Below, one piece after another: positions 1 to 9,226 of a stretch of DNA of 64,000 nt (position 1 is the stretch's first letter; each line of letters opens with the position of its first letter). The notes under the pieces were generated by a model, which was not told the DNA's origin, searched no databases, and saw only the letters and a list, made by a program, of their open reading frames with translations. The DNA comes from an uncultured Candidatus Peribacteria bacterium (GTDB lineage Bacteria > Patescibacteriota > Gracilibacteria > Peribacterales > Peribacteraceae), in assembly GCA_964403335.1 (NCBI GenBank), contig CAYOFI010000004.1, positions 36,566-100,565 on the forward strand, written 5' to 3'. Both the position numbers and the translations under genes were made by a program.

Positions 1-282
1 GGCTTGGGCGAGGGTGAGGGCTGGGGAAGAAGATGCGGAGCGCGTGCGAGTCTGGATTCTGGAGGGGCGGCGCGCCGAAATCTGCGTGCTGGTCACGGCA
101 CCTTTGCCGAGGGTCTTCGCACCCGGTTTTAAGCTTGCGATGCCAGCATCGTGTGCTACGCTGACATGCAGTTGAAGGGCAAATGTGAGAGTTCCCAGCC
201 CAACGCCGAACCATAATGATTGAGTCCGTTTCATCATTTGCGTGAATACAAAAAGGTGTTTTTATACTATATTCCCTGAGAA

Positions 283-1761
283 ATGTCAATAACCCCTGAC
301 GCACCCCCCAAAGAAGCCCCAGAAACGGGCGTTCTGGCAGGAACGGTGCACACCGTCACGATCGAGAAACTGACCTTTGGAGGGTCAGGATTGGCCCATG
401 TGGACGGTTTGCCGGTGTTTGTGGAAGACAGCATTCCGGGCCAAAACGTCCAAATCGTCATCACCAAGCGCAAGGACCGCTATGCCGAAGCGAAGGTCCA
501 GAAGGTCCTGCGCAAAGCCAAAGACGAGATTCCCGCCCGCTGCCCCCACTTCCACGATTGCGGCGGCTGCGTGTGGCAGAACCTCCCCTATAACAAGCAG
601 ATTGAATATAAAGAGAACATCGTTCGCGAGACGCTCAGTCACCTCACGCCCGTCGACGACGCACTCCGCGCGCAGCTCCCGGGCCGCGTGTTGGGAATCA
701 TCCCCAGTCCCCAGGTCTTCCACTATCGCAACAAATTGGAGATGACGTTCGGCTACACAAACATGCGCCACGAGGAGAAGGCCGGCAAAAGAATTTACTT
801 TGATGAAGGTCCGACCATCGGCTTCCACCAGCCGGGCCAGTGGCAGACGGTTCTGCCGATCGCGGAGTGCCATCTGTACGACGAGCAGCTCCCGATGTTG
901 CTGAGCCAAGTCCGTCGTTTTATGGAAGAGACGCGTTTGCCGGTCTATAACCCCAAGACTCAGAAGGGGATGCTGCGCACGCTGTTGCTTCGCCGCGGCG
1001 TGCACACCGGAGAGCAGATGATTTGCTTCTTACTCCAGGCTCGCAAAAAAGATCTGGAACCGCTCTTCCAGAGTTTCCTCCGCTCCTTCGGCGGCCGCCC
1101 GAATTTGGCTTCGCTCATGATCGTCGAACACATGGGTGTGCACGAGAAACCGGAGTTCCCCAAGATCCATACGCTCCTGGGAAAGCAGACCATCACCGAA
1201 CGACTGTTTGATCTTCAATTCGAAATCTCGCCGTTCTCGTTCTTCCAGACGAACACCTTCGCCGCCGAAAAACTCTACCGCGCCATCTCTGATGCCGCGG
1301 ATCTGAGCCTCAAAGATACCGTCCTCGACGCATACTGCGGTATGGGCACGATTGGTCAGTATCTGGCACGCTTCTGCCAGAAAGTCGTCGGTATCGAAAG
1401 CCACCCGTCGGCCATCGAGGATGCTTTGCGCTCCGCGGGCCGCAACAAAATCGGCAACATCAGTTTCTACAAAGGCCGCACGGAACAAGTGCTCCTGCAG
1501 CAGCTCAAACCCGGCGGCAAATACGCCTTCGATGTCATCGTCGTCGATCCTCCCCGCGCCGGTCTGCATCCGAAAGCCCGCGAGGCGGTGCTCGCACACA
1601 AGCCGAAGAAAATCGTCTATGTCTCTTGCAACACGGCGACGTTTGCTCGTGATTTGGGCGAATTCCTTAAGGGCGGCTACGATTTGCGCACCGTGCAGCC
1701 GGTCGATCTGTTCCCACATACGAGTCATATCGAGACGGTGGCGTTGTTACAGAGGAAATAA
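283..1761 (+). CDS. rlmD: 23S rRNA (uracil-5-)-methyltransferase, RumA/RlmD type (TRAM + Fe-S Cys cluster + class I SAM MTase)
   Basis: The 492-aa ORF carries CPHFHDCGGCVWQNL (RumA-like Cys cluster), FFQTN, DAYCGMGTIG (SAM motif I), VVDPPRAGL, YVSCNTATFARDL and a DLFPHTSHIETV C-terminus. Confidence 0.9.
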   Translation: MSITPDAPPKEAPETGVLAGTVHTVTIEKLTFGGSGLAHVDGLPVFVEDSIPGQNVQIVITKRKDRYAEAKVQKVLRKAKDEIPARCPHFHDCGGCVWQNLPYNKQIEYKENIVRETLSHLTPVDDALRAQLPGRVLGIIPSPQVFHYRNKLEMTFGYTNMRHEEKAGKRIYFDEGPTIGFHQPGQWQTVLPIAECHLYDEQLPMLLSQVRRFMEETRLPVYNPKTQKGMLRTLLLRRGVHTGEQMICFLLQARKKDLEPLFQSFLRSFGGRPNLASLMIVEHMGVHEKPEFPKIHTLLGKQTITERLFDLQFEISPFSFFQTNTFAAEKLYRAISDAADLSLKDTVLDAYCGMGTIGQYLARFCQKVVGIESHPSAIEDALRSAGRNKIGNISFYKGRTEQVLLQQLKPGGKYAFDVIVVDPPRAGLHPKAREAVLAHKPKKIVYVSCNTATFARDLGEFLKGGYDLRTVQPVDLFPHTSHIETVALLQRK

Positions 1762-1872
1762 GGCTAAGGGCTAAGGCTAAGGCCGTAGGTAATTTGCTTT
1801 GAGGATTGCGGTACACTTTTCTGCATAGCTGTGAAATTTCCATTCTTAGCCTTAACCCTTAGCCTTAGCCTT
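1761..1872. repeat. Tandem-heptad inverted repeat, family A (GGCTAAG)n ... (CTTAGCC)n with a 60-nt spacer
   Basis: The left arm aggctaagggctaaggctaaggcc (1761-1784) starts at the rlmD stop codon. The right arm cttagccttaacccttagccttagcctt (1845-1872) ends 3 nt before the rlmH ATG. Confidence 0.85.
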
Positions 1873-1875
1873 TAC

Positions 1876-2340
1876 ATGCAGCGCCTCACCCTCCTCGCCG
1901 TCGGCAAAATCAAAACGTCCTGGATCAACGAAGGATGTACGGAGTACGTCAGCCGTCTTCGCGGCGCCGCGAAAATGGAAGTGATCGAAGTCGCCGCAGG
2001 CAAAGAAAAAGATCCGACGAAGCAGCGGGAAGAAGAAGGGAAGAAGTTGATCACGGCGGCGGAGAAGCTTCGCGGTGAAGTGTGGGTATTGGATGAAAAA
2101 GGCGAGCGGATGGTGTCGCATGAATTCGCATTCTTTCTATCGCAAGCAAAAGACGTTGGTCGTCACTTGGTCTTCGTGCTCGGCGGCGCATACGGTCTGA
2201 GCCCTGATGTCCGGAAGATCGCGAAGGGATCGATCAGATTGAGTGACATGACGTTTCCGCATGAGCTGTGCCGGTTGGTATTTCTGGAGCAGCTGTACCG
2301 AGGGTTTGAGATTGCGAAGGGGAGCGGGTATCACCATTAG
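1876..2340 (+). CDS. rlmH: 23S rRNA (pseudouridine1915-N3)-methyltransferase RlmH (SPOUT)
   Basis: MQRLTLLAVGKIK... GGAYGLSPDV ... LSDMTFPHELCRLVFLEQLYRGFEIAKGSGYHH. The ATG at 1876 is preferred over the GTG at 1831, whose extension is encoded by the repeat arm. Confidence 0.9.
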   Translation: MQRLTLLAVGKIKTSWINEGCTEYVSRLRGAAKMEVIEVAAGKEKDPTKQREEEGKKLITAAEKLRGEVWVLDEKGERMVSHEFAFFLSQAKDVGRHLVFVLGGAYGLSPDVRKIAKGSIRLSDMTFPHELCRLVFLEQLYRGFEIAKGSGYHH

Positions 2341-2413
2341 GTGATCACCCCATCCACAACGCCCATTATCCCGCACATCCCACACAGAGAATTATCACGA
2401 ATCAAACAGCAAA

Positions 2414-2443
2414 CAGGAGGAGTGCGTTGCCACACCCCTCCTG
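2414..2443. terminator. Hairpin between convergent rlmH and hsp20
   Basis: caggaggagtg-cgttgcca-cacccctcctg is an imperfect 11-bp stem located between two stop codons. Confidence 0.45.
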
Positions 2444-2455
2444 CGGTACCCGTTA

Positions 2456-2938
2456 TCAAGACTCCACTCGCACGCTCAAGCGTTTTGGTTCTGCTTCCGG
2501 CTTCTTGGGAATCGTTACGGTGAGCATGCCGTTCTTTGACGTGCACTCTGCTTTCGAACCGTCAGCGTAGTCGGGAAGGAGGATTTGCCGAGTGAACTCC
2601 GCATAGGAGTAACTGCGCTCGCGACGATGCCACTTCTTGTCCTTGGTATCGGACTTCTCCTCATGTTTGCCGCTGATGGTGAGGACATTATTGCTCGCGT
2701 CCACATTGATGGACTTGGGATCGAAGCCGGGAATATCCGCCTCGATCACCACTTCTTTGTCGGTTTCGGAGACGTCCACGGGAAGAGCGAGCTGGCGCTG
2801 TTCCGTGATGGACGGCATGAAGGATGTCTCGAAGAGACGGAAGGGATCCCAGAATGCTTCGTCAAAGAAGCGGTTGAAGGGGCTGCGAGAGAGATCCCTC
2901 TGCTCATCGCGCCGCTGAATCTGTCTGCTTTCTGCCAT
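2456..2938 (-). CDS. Small heat-shock protein, Hsp20/alpha-crystallin family
   Basis: The alpha-crystallin domain reads DVSETDKEVVIEADIPGFDPKSINVDASNNVLTISGKHEE...YSYAEFTRQILLP...NGMLTVTIPKK. Confidence 0.92.
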   Translation of the reverse strand: MAESRQIQRRDEQRDLSRSPFNRFFDEAFWDPFRLFETSFMPSITEQRQLALPVDVSETDKEVVIEADIPGFDPKSINVDASNNVLTISGKHEEKSDTKDKKWHRRERSYSYAEFTRQILLPDYADGSKAECTSKNGMLTVTIPKKPEAEPKRLSVRVES

Positions 2939-2963
2939 AGAAATGAGGGGGAATGAAATAAAA

Positions 2964-2990
2964 TTAGCACTCGACAGTATAGAGTGCTAA
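2964..2990. promoter_or_regulatory. CIRCE operator (HrcA binding site), perfect consensus
   Basis: TTAGCACTC-gacagtata-GAGTGCTAA matches TTAGCACTC-N9-GAGTGCTAA exactly. It lies 26 nt upstream of the hsp20 start codon. Confidence 0.85.
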
Positions 2991-3115
2991 TTCCGTGCCG
3001 TCAAGATCTGTGCTTCGTGAATTCTGTATGAGTGTGTGTTTTGCAGCACGAATGGAGACCCGAAAATTTTCGAGCAAAGTGCTATTGTATCTACTTGTGC
3101 AGAGTCTGTGTTCAC

Positions 3116-3190
3116 TGGCAGCCCCACGGGGAATCGAACCCCGCTTTCCTGGATGAGAACCAAGTGTCCTAACCGATAGACGATGGGGCC
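3116..3190 (-). tRNA. tRNA-Glu: tRNA-Glu (anticodon CTC)
   Basis: The reverse complement GGCCCCATCGTCTATCGGTTAGGACACTTGGTTCTCATCCAGGAAAGCGGGGTTCGATTCCCCGTGGGGCTGCCA folds as a cloverleaf. It has a 7-bp acceptor stem, an anticodon loop TTCTCAT, a T-arm CGGGG-TTCGATT-CCCCG and an encoded CCA. Confidence 0.9.
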
Positions 3191-3260
3191 ATAGGCATCA
3201 AAGAGCCCGCAGAGTATAGCCAAAATGACATTTTCGTCCAGGCGGATGTAGAATGCCTGC

Positions 3261-3695
3261 ATGACGGTCCAAGACCAGATTAACGCGTATATTCATAGCC
3301 AGCCCGGGCAAAAGCGCAGTGACATGCAAGAGTTGCATCGCCTCATTCTGCACGTACAGCCCGCATCCAAACTCTGGTTTTTGGACGGGAAGAACGATGC
3401 AGGGAAGACCGTGTCGAATCCGAATATCGGCTATGGGTCGTACGTCATCCACTATGCCGATGGGACGACGAAAGAGTTTTATCAAATCGGGTTGAGTGCG
3501 AACACGACCGGAATCTCTGTCTACATTCTCGGTCTTCCGGATAAGACGTACTTAGCCAAAACGTTTGGAAAGAAAATCGGCAAGGCGAGCGTGACGGGGT
3601 ATTGCATCAAGTTCAAAGCTCTCAAAGATATTCAGATCGAAGTGCTCGAAGCGGCCATACGGCACGGTTTTGAGGCGCAGGATGAAAAAAAGTAG
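3261..3695 (+). CDS. DUF1801 (YdhG-like) domain protein
   Basis: The 144-aa ORF reads INAYIHSQPGQKRSDMQELHRLIL...GISVYILG...ASVTGYCIKFKALKDIQIEVLEAAI, which is typical of DUF1801 proteins. Confidence 0.65.
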   Translation: MTVQDQINAYIHSQPGQKRSDMQELHRLILHVQPASKLWFLDGKNDAGKTVSNPNIGYGSYVIHYADGTTKEFYQIGLSANTTGISVYILGLPDKTYLAKTFGKKIGKASVTGYCIKFKALKDIQIEVLEAAIRHGFEAQDEKK

Positions 3696-3720
3696 ATTCT
3701 GCGTATGCGGAGCCGCACTA

Positions 3721-5721
3721 TCACGCAGCTCCGGCGAGTGCGTTTTCATCTTTTTCCGCATTCACGAATGCGGACCATTCCAGCGTGTACCAATCAACTG
3801 CTTCATCATCGGTTGCGTGACGCTCATCCCGTTCGCAAGATGCCAGCATGGTGACGGTCGGATCGGTGATGCCGTTGCGGGTCGACTTCTTGGCCTGGGC
3901 AAGTTCTTCCTCCGTGAATCCGAACATCTTCAGAATGTTGTCCTGTTCGGGCAAAGCCGGGACGGCGGCGCGGAAGGCGCGGATGAAGGCCATGCGGTCC
4001 GCGGCGACTTTTTTGGCGGCCTGTTCTTCGACTTCGCGTTGTTGCTCGGTTTTTTTCTCCCGCATGAGCGCCGCTGTCACTTCCGATTTGTGTTTCCCGA
4101 ACACTCCGGCCACGCGCACTTCTTTGTCATTCGCCCGCCCGCTCCAAGTGGCGAACCCGCTCACAAGCAGTTTTTGCATTTCCTTGATGCGCGACTGAAA
4201 ATTCGGATCCGCAAAGTCCGGGTTTGCGCCGATATTCAGGAAACGCGCGGAGACCTCCCCCCATTCCGCCAATGACGGGACGCCGCCGATCCGCGCGACG
4301 TGTGAATGCAACGTGGCGAACATATTGCGTTCGAGGGTCTGCAAGATTGCGGGATCCGGGGCGGGAGTGTTTTTGGAGAGCGCCGCGAGCGTCGCCAGGT
4401 AGACGCCGGAATCGTTGGTCAGCACCTGATCGAGAGCTTGGCGGTTCTTCCGGTCCGCGGGATCCACATAGCGCTCAGCCGGTCCGTCGTCCCCGCGGGT
4501 GGCGCGGTACGCATCCAAAAAGAGCGTGGTCGTGGTGCGGACGGGGCCGTACGGGGAGGGGACGTCATTGCGGTATTTGCGGAATTCCATGTGCGCGTCG
4601 GTATCAAAACCCCACCGGGAGATGAGGTTCATGGCGCCGTTCAAGTCCGCGCCGTTATTGGCCATCAGCTGCCGGGCGACCATCTCGCCGATGACGGTGC
4701 GGTGCGCCGGTTCTAGTTCTTCCTTCAGTATTTCTTTCACGATCTCTTCCGACGGCCGCAGGACATATTCCTGCCGCCATGCGGCAAATTCCGTTTTTTC
4801 TTCCGCCGTTGTTTTCTCCGTCGCAAAGAACGGGGCGATTTTCTCGCTGATCTCTTTGATCTGTGACATGAATTTCATCTGTGCATCCGCGCGCTCTTTG
4901 CGTTTTTTGCGGTACTCGGCGTATCTCGGGTCCTTGGGGTCCTTGGGAGGATCCGGCAGCGGTTTTTTCCATTCCAGCTGATGCGTGCGGATCCACGAGC
5001 CGAGCCGCGGATACGATGTGCGCACAGCCTTTCGCGTGATGGAGTTGAGCGGATGAATGTATTTCAACAGCCGGAGATAGGCATCGCCGTCCACCGGACC
5101 TTTGGGGGTCAGCATCGCCTCGGCCAATTTATCCGCGGCAACAGTCAGCACGTTTTCATCTTTGTCATAACACTGGTACCAGAGGATGTCTTGAATCAAT
5201 TTTGTCAGCAGCGCCTCCCGCTGTTCCGCCGTACATTCCACGTTGCCCAAGCGTCGGATCAACTCGGCTTCGGTGGCGATGGTCAGATAGGGAACTTTCC
5301 GGTGCTCGCCCGGGGCGGCCTTTTCCCGGTCCCACACGCTGTTGCCGTAATATAATCTGCTGATCAGGAGTGATGCCGCTTTTTCCGCTTCGGCGTGCGG
5401 AATTTTGCGCTCGGGATCTTCCAGGACTTTCAGATATTTTTCCATGTCAGGCACGGCGGCTGCGCCTTGTTCGGCGGTCGTTAAAGAGCCGCTTTGCATC
5501 TTGTCCAATTTTTCCAGCCGCTGCATGGGCAGCATATTCTCATCGGCTTTCTCCGGTTCTTGCGCAATGGAAACTCCACCGGAAAGGACGCCGACGCACA
5601 GGGCGATCAGGAAACGCCGTCGGTCCTCCACGCGTCCATTTGCGGGCAAGATAACAGGGGCCTGATGCGGGACAGTCAGCGGTTTTTCAGCATATGCCGC
5701 AGCGTCCGATCGTTCTGGCAT
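3721..5721 (-). CDS. Hypothetical secreted protein (about 667 aa)
   Basis: This is a long ORF. The start is set at the ATG at 5721 (MPERSD...), which precedes a signal-like segment RRRFLIALCVGVLSGGVSIAQEP. The longer 797-aa extension overlaps the divergent gene. I recognise no domain. Confidence 0.7.
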   Translation of the reverse strand: MPERSDAAAYAEKPLTVPHQAPVILPANGRVEDRRRFLIALCVGVLSGGVSIAQEPEKADENMLPMQRLEKLDKMQSGSLTTAEQGAAAVPDMEKYLKVLEDPERKIPHAEAEKAASLLISRLYYGNSVWDREKAAPGEHRKVPYLTIATEAELIRRLGNVECTAEQREALLTKLIQDILWYQCYDKDENVLTVAADKLAEAMLTPKGPVDGDAYLRLLKYIHPLNSITRKAVRTSYPRLGSWIRTHQLEWKKPLPDPPKDPKDPRYAEYRKKRKERADAQMKFMSQIKEISEKIAPFFATEKTTAEEKTEFAAWRQEYVLRPSEEIVKEILKEELEPAHRTVIGEMVARQLMANNGADLNGAMNLISRWGFDTDAHMEFRKYRNDVPSPYGPVRTTTTLFLDAYRATRGDDGPAERYVDPADRKNRQALDQVLTNDSGVYLATLAALSKNTPAPDPAILQTLERNMFATLHSHVARIGGVPSLAEWGEVSARFLNIGANPDFADPNFQSRIKEMQKLLVSGFATWSGRANDKEVRVAGVFGKHKSEVTAALMREKKTEQQREVEEQAAKKVAADRMAFIRAFRAAVPALPEQDNILKMFGFTEEELAQAKKSTRNGITDPTVTMLASCERDERHATDDEAVDWYTLEWSAFVNAEKDENALAGAA

Positions 5722-5843
5722 ACCAAGGGAGCGTATAATCCCGTATATTCCGCTTCGTGCCGCCGTAGTCAATCTTTCCACACCATACAATGACAGATGA
5801 CGCTTCTGTCTGTGGGAAAATGGTTGGAGTAGAATGTGCCCCG

Positions 5844-7460
5844 ATGCGCCGCATTCTTGTTGCCGGTTTTCTGTGCGCGATGTCCCTGCAGGTCGCCGCG
5901 GCATCCGTATTCGCGCAGGTGCCCGGAACACCTGGGGATATCCCGCCCTCCGCGACCGACCCCCGGCAGCCGCAAAAGGATCCCGGGACGGAGCCGGCAG
6001 GGAATGGAGAGATTCCCGTCGAATCGGCCGCTTCGTCATCCGTTCAGGAAAATCCGCGCTCAGCCGCCGGTGTTCCGGCAGAAGAAACTGCCGCATCGTC
6101 TTCCGTGCCGTCACGCGTCGCGTCGTCTTCGCAGGCGTCTTCCGTGCAGTCGTCGGTTCGGTCGTCCGTCAATCGCGCGCCTCCCGTGCGCGGGACTGTG
6201 CACACGTCATCATCCATCGCATCGTCCGTTCAGTCATCGCAAGCATCATCGGTGACGAGCTCAAGTGCCTCATCGGAACCGATGCGATCGTTCTGGGATC
6301 GCGAACACTTTGGTTACAGCGTGCCGCTTATCGATCCTCAAGTTGTCGCGATTCCTGGAAAGTTTTCGTGGGCAGCCGTTCCCGGGAACCTGTGGTTGGC
6401 GCTGCTCTTTACCATTGTGGCCGGGTGGAGCGGCGTGGTGTTTGCGGGAGCATCAAGCCGGACGTCATCGAAAATCCCGCTGTCGGTACGTCTGGGAATT
6501 CCCGCGTTACTCACGATGCTGATCATCGCCGTGCTGGAGTGGCTGATCCCTCAGGCGTCGGCGCAGGGGACGGACGGCTTGCTTGCGACGGCGTCGTTCC
6601 TGCGCTTGCCCGGATATGCGTTCGTGTTTTTTGTGCTGATGGGTATCACCGATTCCTACTACGGCAGTCTTCGGTCCATGCCGATCAAAGCGTTTGACCG
6701 CTGGCTCAAGCGGCACATCGGGAAAGAAGAATTGCACAAAGCGACGTGGTTTTTATTTCTTCTCGTTCTGTTGTATGGCATCGTCTCGTCGTACCGGAAC
6801 CAGGAGTTCAGCCTGTTGCCGTCCGCTCAGGTGGGCATCATTCTTGTCACGCTCCTTGCGCTTGTTCTGAAAACATATTCCGTCGATGCGTTCAAATTGA
6901 CACTTGCGCGCAGATGGAAGCATCCGTCGTGGTTCATCGCCAATCTTGGCGGATTGATCTTCGCGGCGGTGTGCGTGTTCCTCACACGCGAATTCCAGCT
7001 CAATCCCGGTTTCATGTATGGCGCCCCGATCGGCCTCTATCTTCTTCTGAAAGACCAGCGCAAAGAAGCATTCCTGCAGAGCACAAGCGTGTGGTGGGCA
7101 CTGTTTGTCGCGGGCGTCGTGTGGAGCATTCTGCCGTTGGTCGCACCGTATCCCGTGCTCCATGACACGTTGCTTGCCGTTCCGTTTGTGCTCATCGAAG
7201 GACTCTTCTTTGAACTCATTCCCATTCCGTCCATGTACGGCGGTGCGATCTTCCGGTGGAAAAAACCCGTGTGGGCCGTGCAGTTTTTTGCGGTCACGTT
7301 CCTCTTGTTTCAATTCATCTTCCGGTCCGGGCAAAGCGTCGGCGCGTTGCAGGAATCCCCGCCGACGATGTTCATGCTGATCGGGCTGGCATGCTATGCG
7401 GTGGGGACGGCCTGTTTGTGGATGTACGTGATGCTGCGCCGTAGACACGGTATGCGATAA
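5844..7460 (+). CDS. Hypothetical polytopic membrane protein with a Ser-rich N-terminal linker
   Basis: It has a signal peptide MRRILVAGFLCAMSLQVAAASVFA, then about 130 aa of S/A/V-rich low complexity, then at least 8 hydrophobic helices. Confidence 0.7.
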   Translation: MRRILVAGFLCAMSLQVAAASVFAQVPGTPGDIPPSATDPRQPQKDPGTEPAGNGEIPVESAASSSVQENPRSAAGVPAEETAASSSVPSRVASSSQASSVQSSVRSSVNRAPPVRGTVHTSSSIASSVQSSQASSVTSSSASSEPMRSFWDREHFGYSVPLIDPQVVAIPGKFSWAAVPGNLWLALLFTIVAGWSGVVFAGASSRTSSKIPLSVRLGIPALLTMLIIAVLEWLIPQASAQGTDGLLATASFLRLPGYAFVFFVLMGITDSYYGSLRSMPIKAFDRWLKRHIGKEELHKATWFLFLLVLLYGIVSSYRNQEFSLLPSAQVGIILVTLLALVLKTYSVDAFKLTLARRWKHPSWFIANLGGLIFAAVCVFLTREFQLNPGFMYGAPIGLYLLLKDQRKEAFLQSTSVWWALFVAGVVWSILPLVAPYPVLHDTLLAVPFVLIEGLFFELIPIPSMYGGAIFRWKKPVWAVQFFAVTFLLFQFIFRSGQSVGALQESPPTMFMLIGLACYAVGTACLWMYVMLRRRHGMR

Positions 7461-7503
7461 TTGCCGCAGAAATCGGACTCGTATCCGTCATCTACCAAGC
7501 ATT

Positions 7504-8493
7504 ATGAAATTTTACTGGGCCGTCCTCCGGCAGAGTTTCCGCGAGTGGAAAAAAGACAAGGCGCCGCAATTGGCGGCTTCCACGGCGTATTACACTATTT
7601 TTTCATTGGCGCCGTTGCTCATAATCATTCTGGCATTTGCGGGGATGTTTCTGGATGCGAACGCCGTCCAAGAATCCCTCTTCGGGCAGATGCGGGGACT
7701 GGTGGGGGAGGCGGGCGCGGAGAGCATCCGGTCGATGGTGGAGGCGTCGCAGCGCTCGCCGAACACGCCGCTTGCCGCGGTCCTGGGATTCCTGATCTTG
7801 GCGTTCGGCGCGACGGGATTGCTGATGGCACTGCAGGACGCGCTGAATTTCATGTGGAAAGTGGAGGCAAAAAAGAGCACGAATGCGCTGGCCATGATCG
7901 GGCTCAAGCGATTGGTGTCGCTGGGGATGATCCTCACGATCGGATTTTTGTTGATCATCTCGCTCGTCGTCTCCGCGCTCGTCGCGCATACGGTGGAGTT
8001 TGTGTCGGGTGGTGCGGAAGCGTGGTTGCCGCTTGTGAATATGGCCGTGTCGTTCGGCATTATCACGCTGCTCTTTGCCCTGCTGTTTATCTATTTGCCC
8101 GATGTGCGCGTACGCTGGAAGGATGTCTGGCCCGGGGCGTTGCTGACGGCATTTCTGTTCACGCTGGGAAAATTTCTTTTGGGGTATTACTTGGGACAGA
8201 AGGATTTTACATCAGCGTACGGGGTGGCCGGATCGATCATTATTTTGCTGCTCTGGGTGAACTACTCCGCGCAGATCTTTTTCTTCGGGGCGGAGTTCAC
8301 CAAAGTGTATGTGTACGCGCGCGGGGCACCCGTGCGGCCCACCAAGTACGCGCGCTTTATCGAGGAAGAGCTTCCCAAAAAACAGAGGAACATCCCGATA
8401 TTCAAAGTTCTCGCCATCGTCGGCAAAGTTCTTCTGGTGGAAGGGAAGACGGCGTGGAGGGTGTGGCAGGTCTACCGGAAGTGGAAGAAATGA
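7504..8493 (+). CDS. YihY/BrkB family membrane protein
   Basis: The N-terminus MKFYWAVLRQSFREWKKDKAPQLAASTAYYTIFSLAPLLIIILAF is characteristic, and six TM segments follow. Confidence 0.85.
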   Translation: MKFYWAVLRQSFREWKKDKAPQLAASTAYYTIFSLAPLLIIILAFAGMFLDANAVQESLFGQMRGLVGEAGAESIRSMVEASQRSPNTPLAAVLGFLILAFGATGLLMALQDALNFMWKVEAKKSTNALAMIGLKRLVSLGMILTIGFLLIISLVVSALVAHTVEFVSGGAEAWLPLVNMAVSFGIITLLFALLFIYLPDVRVRWKDVWPGALLTAFLFTLGKFLLGYYLGQKDFTSAYGVAGSIIILLLWVNYSAQIFFFGAEFTKVYVYARGAPVRPTKYARFIEEELPKKQRNIPIFKVLAIVGKVLLVEGKTAWRVWQVYRKWKK

Positions 8494-8588
8494 CGAAACT
8501 CCTGTCCGTGAAAAATCCATGAAAGAACTCCTGCGATATTTCTGTTTTCCTGGCATACTGATTTTCTTCATACTTTCCCACCCGACTT

Positions 8589-9221
8589 ATGCCCGCTTTC
8601 ACCGAAGCGCTCCGCTGGCGCTATGCCACCAAGAAATTTGACCCGACCAAGAAACTGTCCGACGCGCAGTTGGATCAGTTGCTGGATGCCGCGCAGCTGT
8701 CCGCGTCATCGTTCGGATTGCAGCCGTACCGCATCCTCGTCGTCACCGATCCCGCCGTCCGCGCCAAAATCCGCGAGCACGCGTGGGGCCAGACGCAGGT
8801 CACCGATGCCTCGCACTTGTTGGTGTTCTGCCCGATGCGCACCATCGATGAAGCCTATGTGAAGACGTTCATCGAACTCGTGTCCAAAACACGCGGTGTC
8901 CCGGCGGAAAATCTCAAGGGCTACCACGACATGATGATGGGCACCATTTCCGCCCGCCCTCCCGAGGCGTTGGCCGGATGGATGCGTTCCCAGGCGTACA
9001 TCGCCGTCGGTTTCCTGCTCTCGGCCGCCGCGCAGTACGGCATCGACGCCTGCCCCATGGAAGGGTTCGATCCCGCCCACGTGGATGTCGATTTGGGTCT
9101 GTTGGACAAGAACCTCACGTCCGCCGTGTTGGTACCGGTGGGTTTCCGCGCCGCGGATGACGCAACTGCGTCCTACGCAAAAGTGCGCTTCCCGAAGGAA
9201 GAACTGTTTCTGCGGATGTAA
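8589..9221 (+). CDS. Nitroreductase family NAD(P)H oxidoreductase
   Basis: RWRYATKKFDPTKKLSDAQLDQLLDAAQLSASSFGLQPYRILVV ... CPMEGFD. Confidence 0.85.
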   Translation: MPAFTEALRWRYATKKFDPTKKLSDAQLDQLLDAAQLSASSFGLQPYRILVVTDPAVRAKIREHAWGQTQVTDASHLLVFCPMRTIDEAYVKTFIELVSKTRGVPAENLKGYHDMMMGTISARPPEALAGWMRSQAYIAVGFLLSAAAQYGIDACPMEGFDPAHVDVDLGLLDKNLTSAVLVPVGFRAADDATASYAKVRFPKEELFLRM

Positions 9222-9226
9222 TAGGG

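Noticed and set aside
1-282. ORF-free 282 nt at the window start, considered as a possible ncRNA or gene end
   Set aside because: No ORF of 60 aa or more is present, and I can recognise no RNA family motif. A TATACT hexamer at 263-268 may be the rlmD promoter. I cannot support any further call without a covariance-model search.
5722-6114. N-terminal 131 aa of the tracked 797-aa ORF (3721-6114)
   Set aside because: It is Arg/Pro-rich and overlaps the divergent membrane gene. The ATG at 5721 is followed by a signal-peptide-like segment.
7461-8522. 353-aa ORF in an alternative frame over the YihY gene
   Set aside because: The YihY frame has the characteristic N-terminal motif and TM helices. 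The alternative frame is Gly/Arg/Ala-rich noise.
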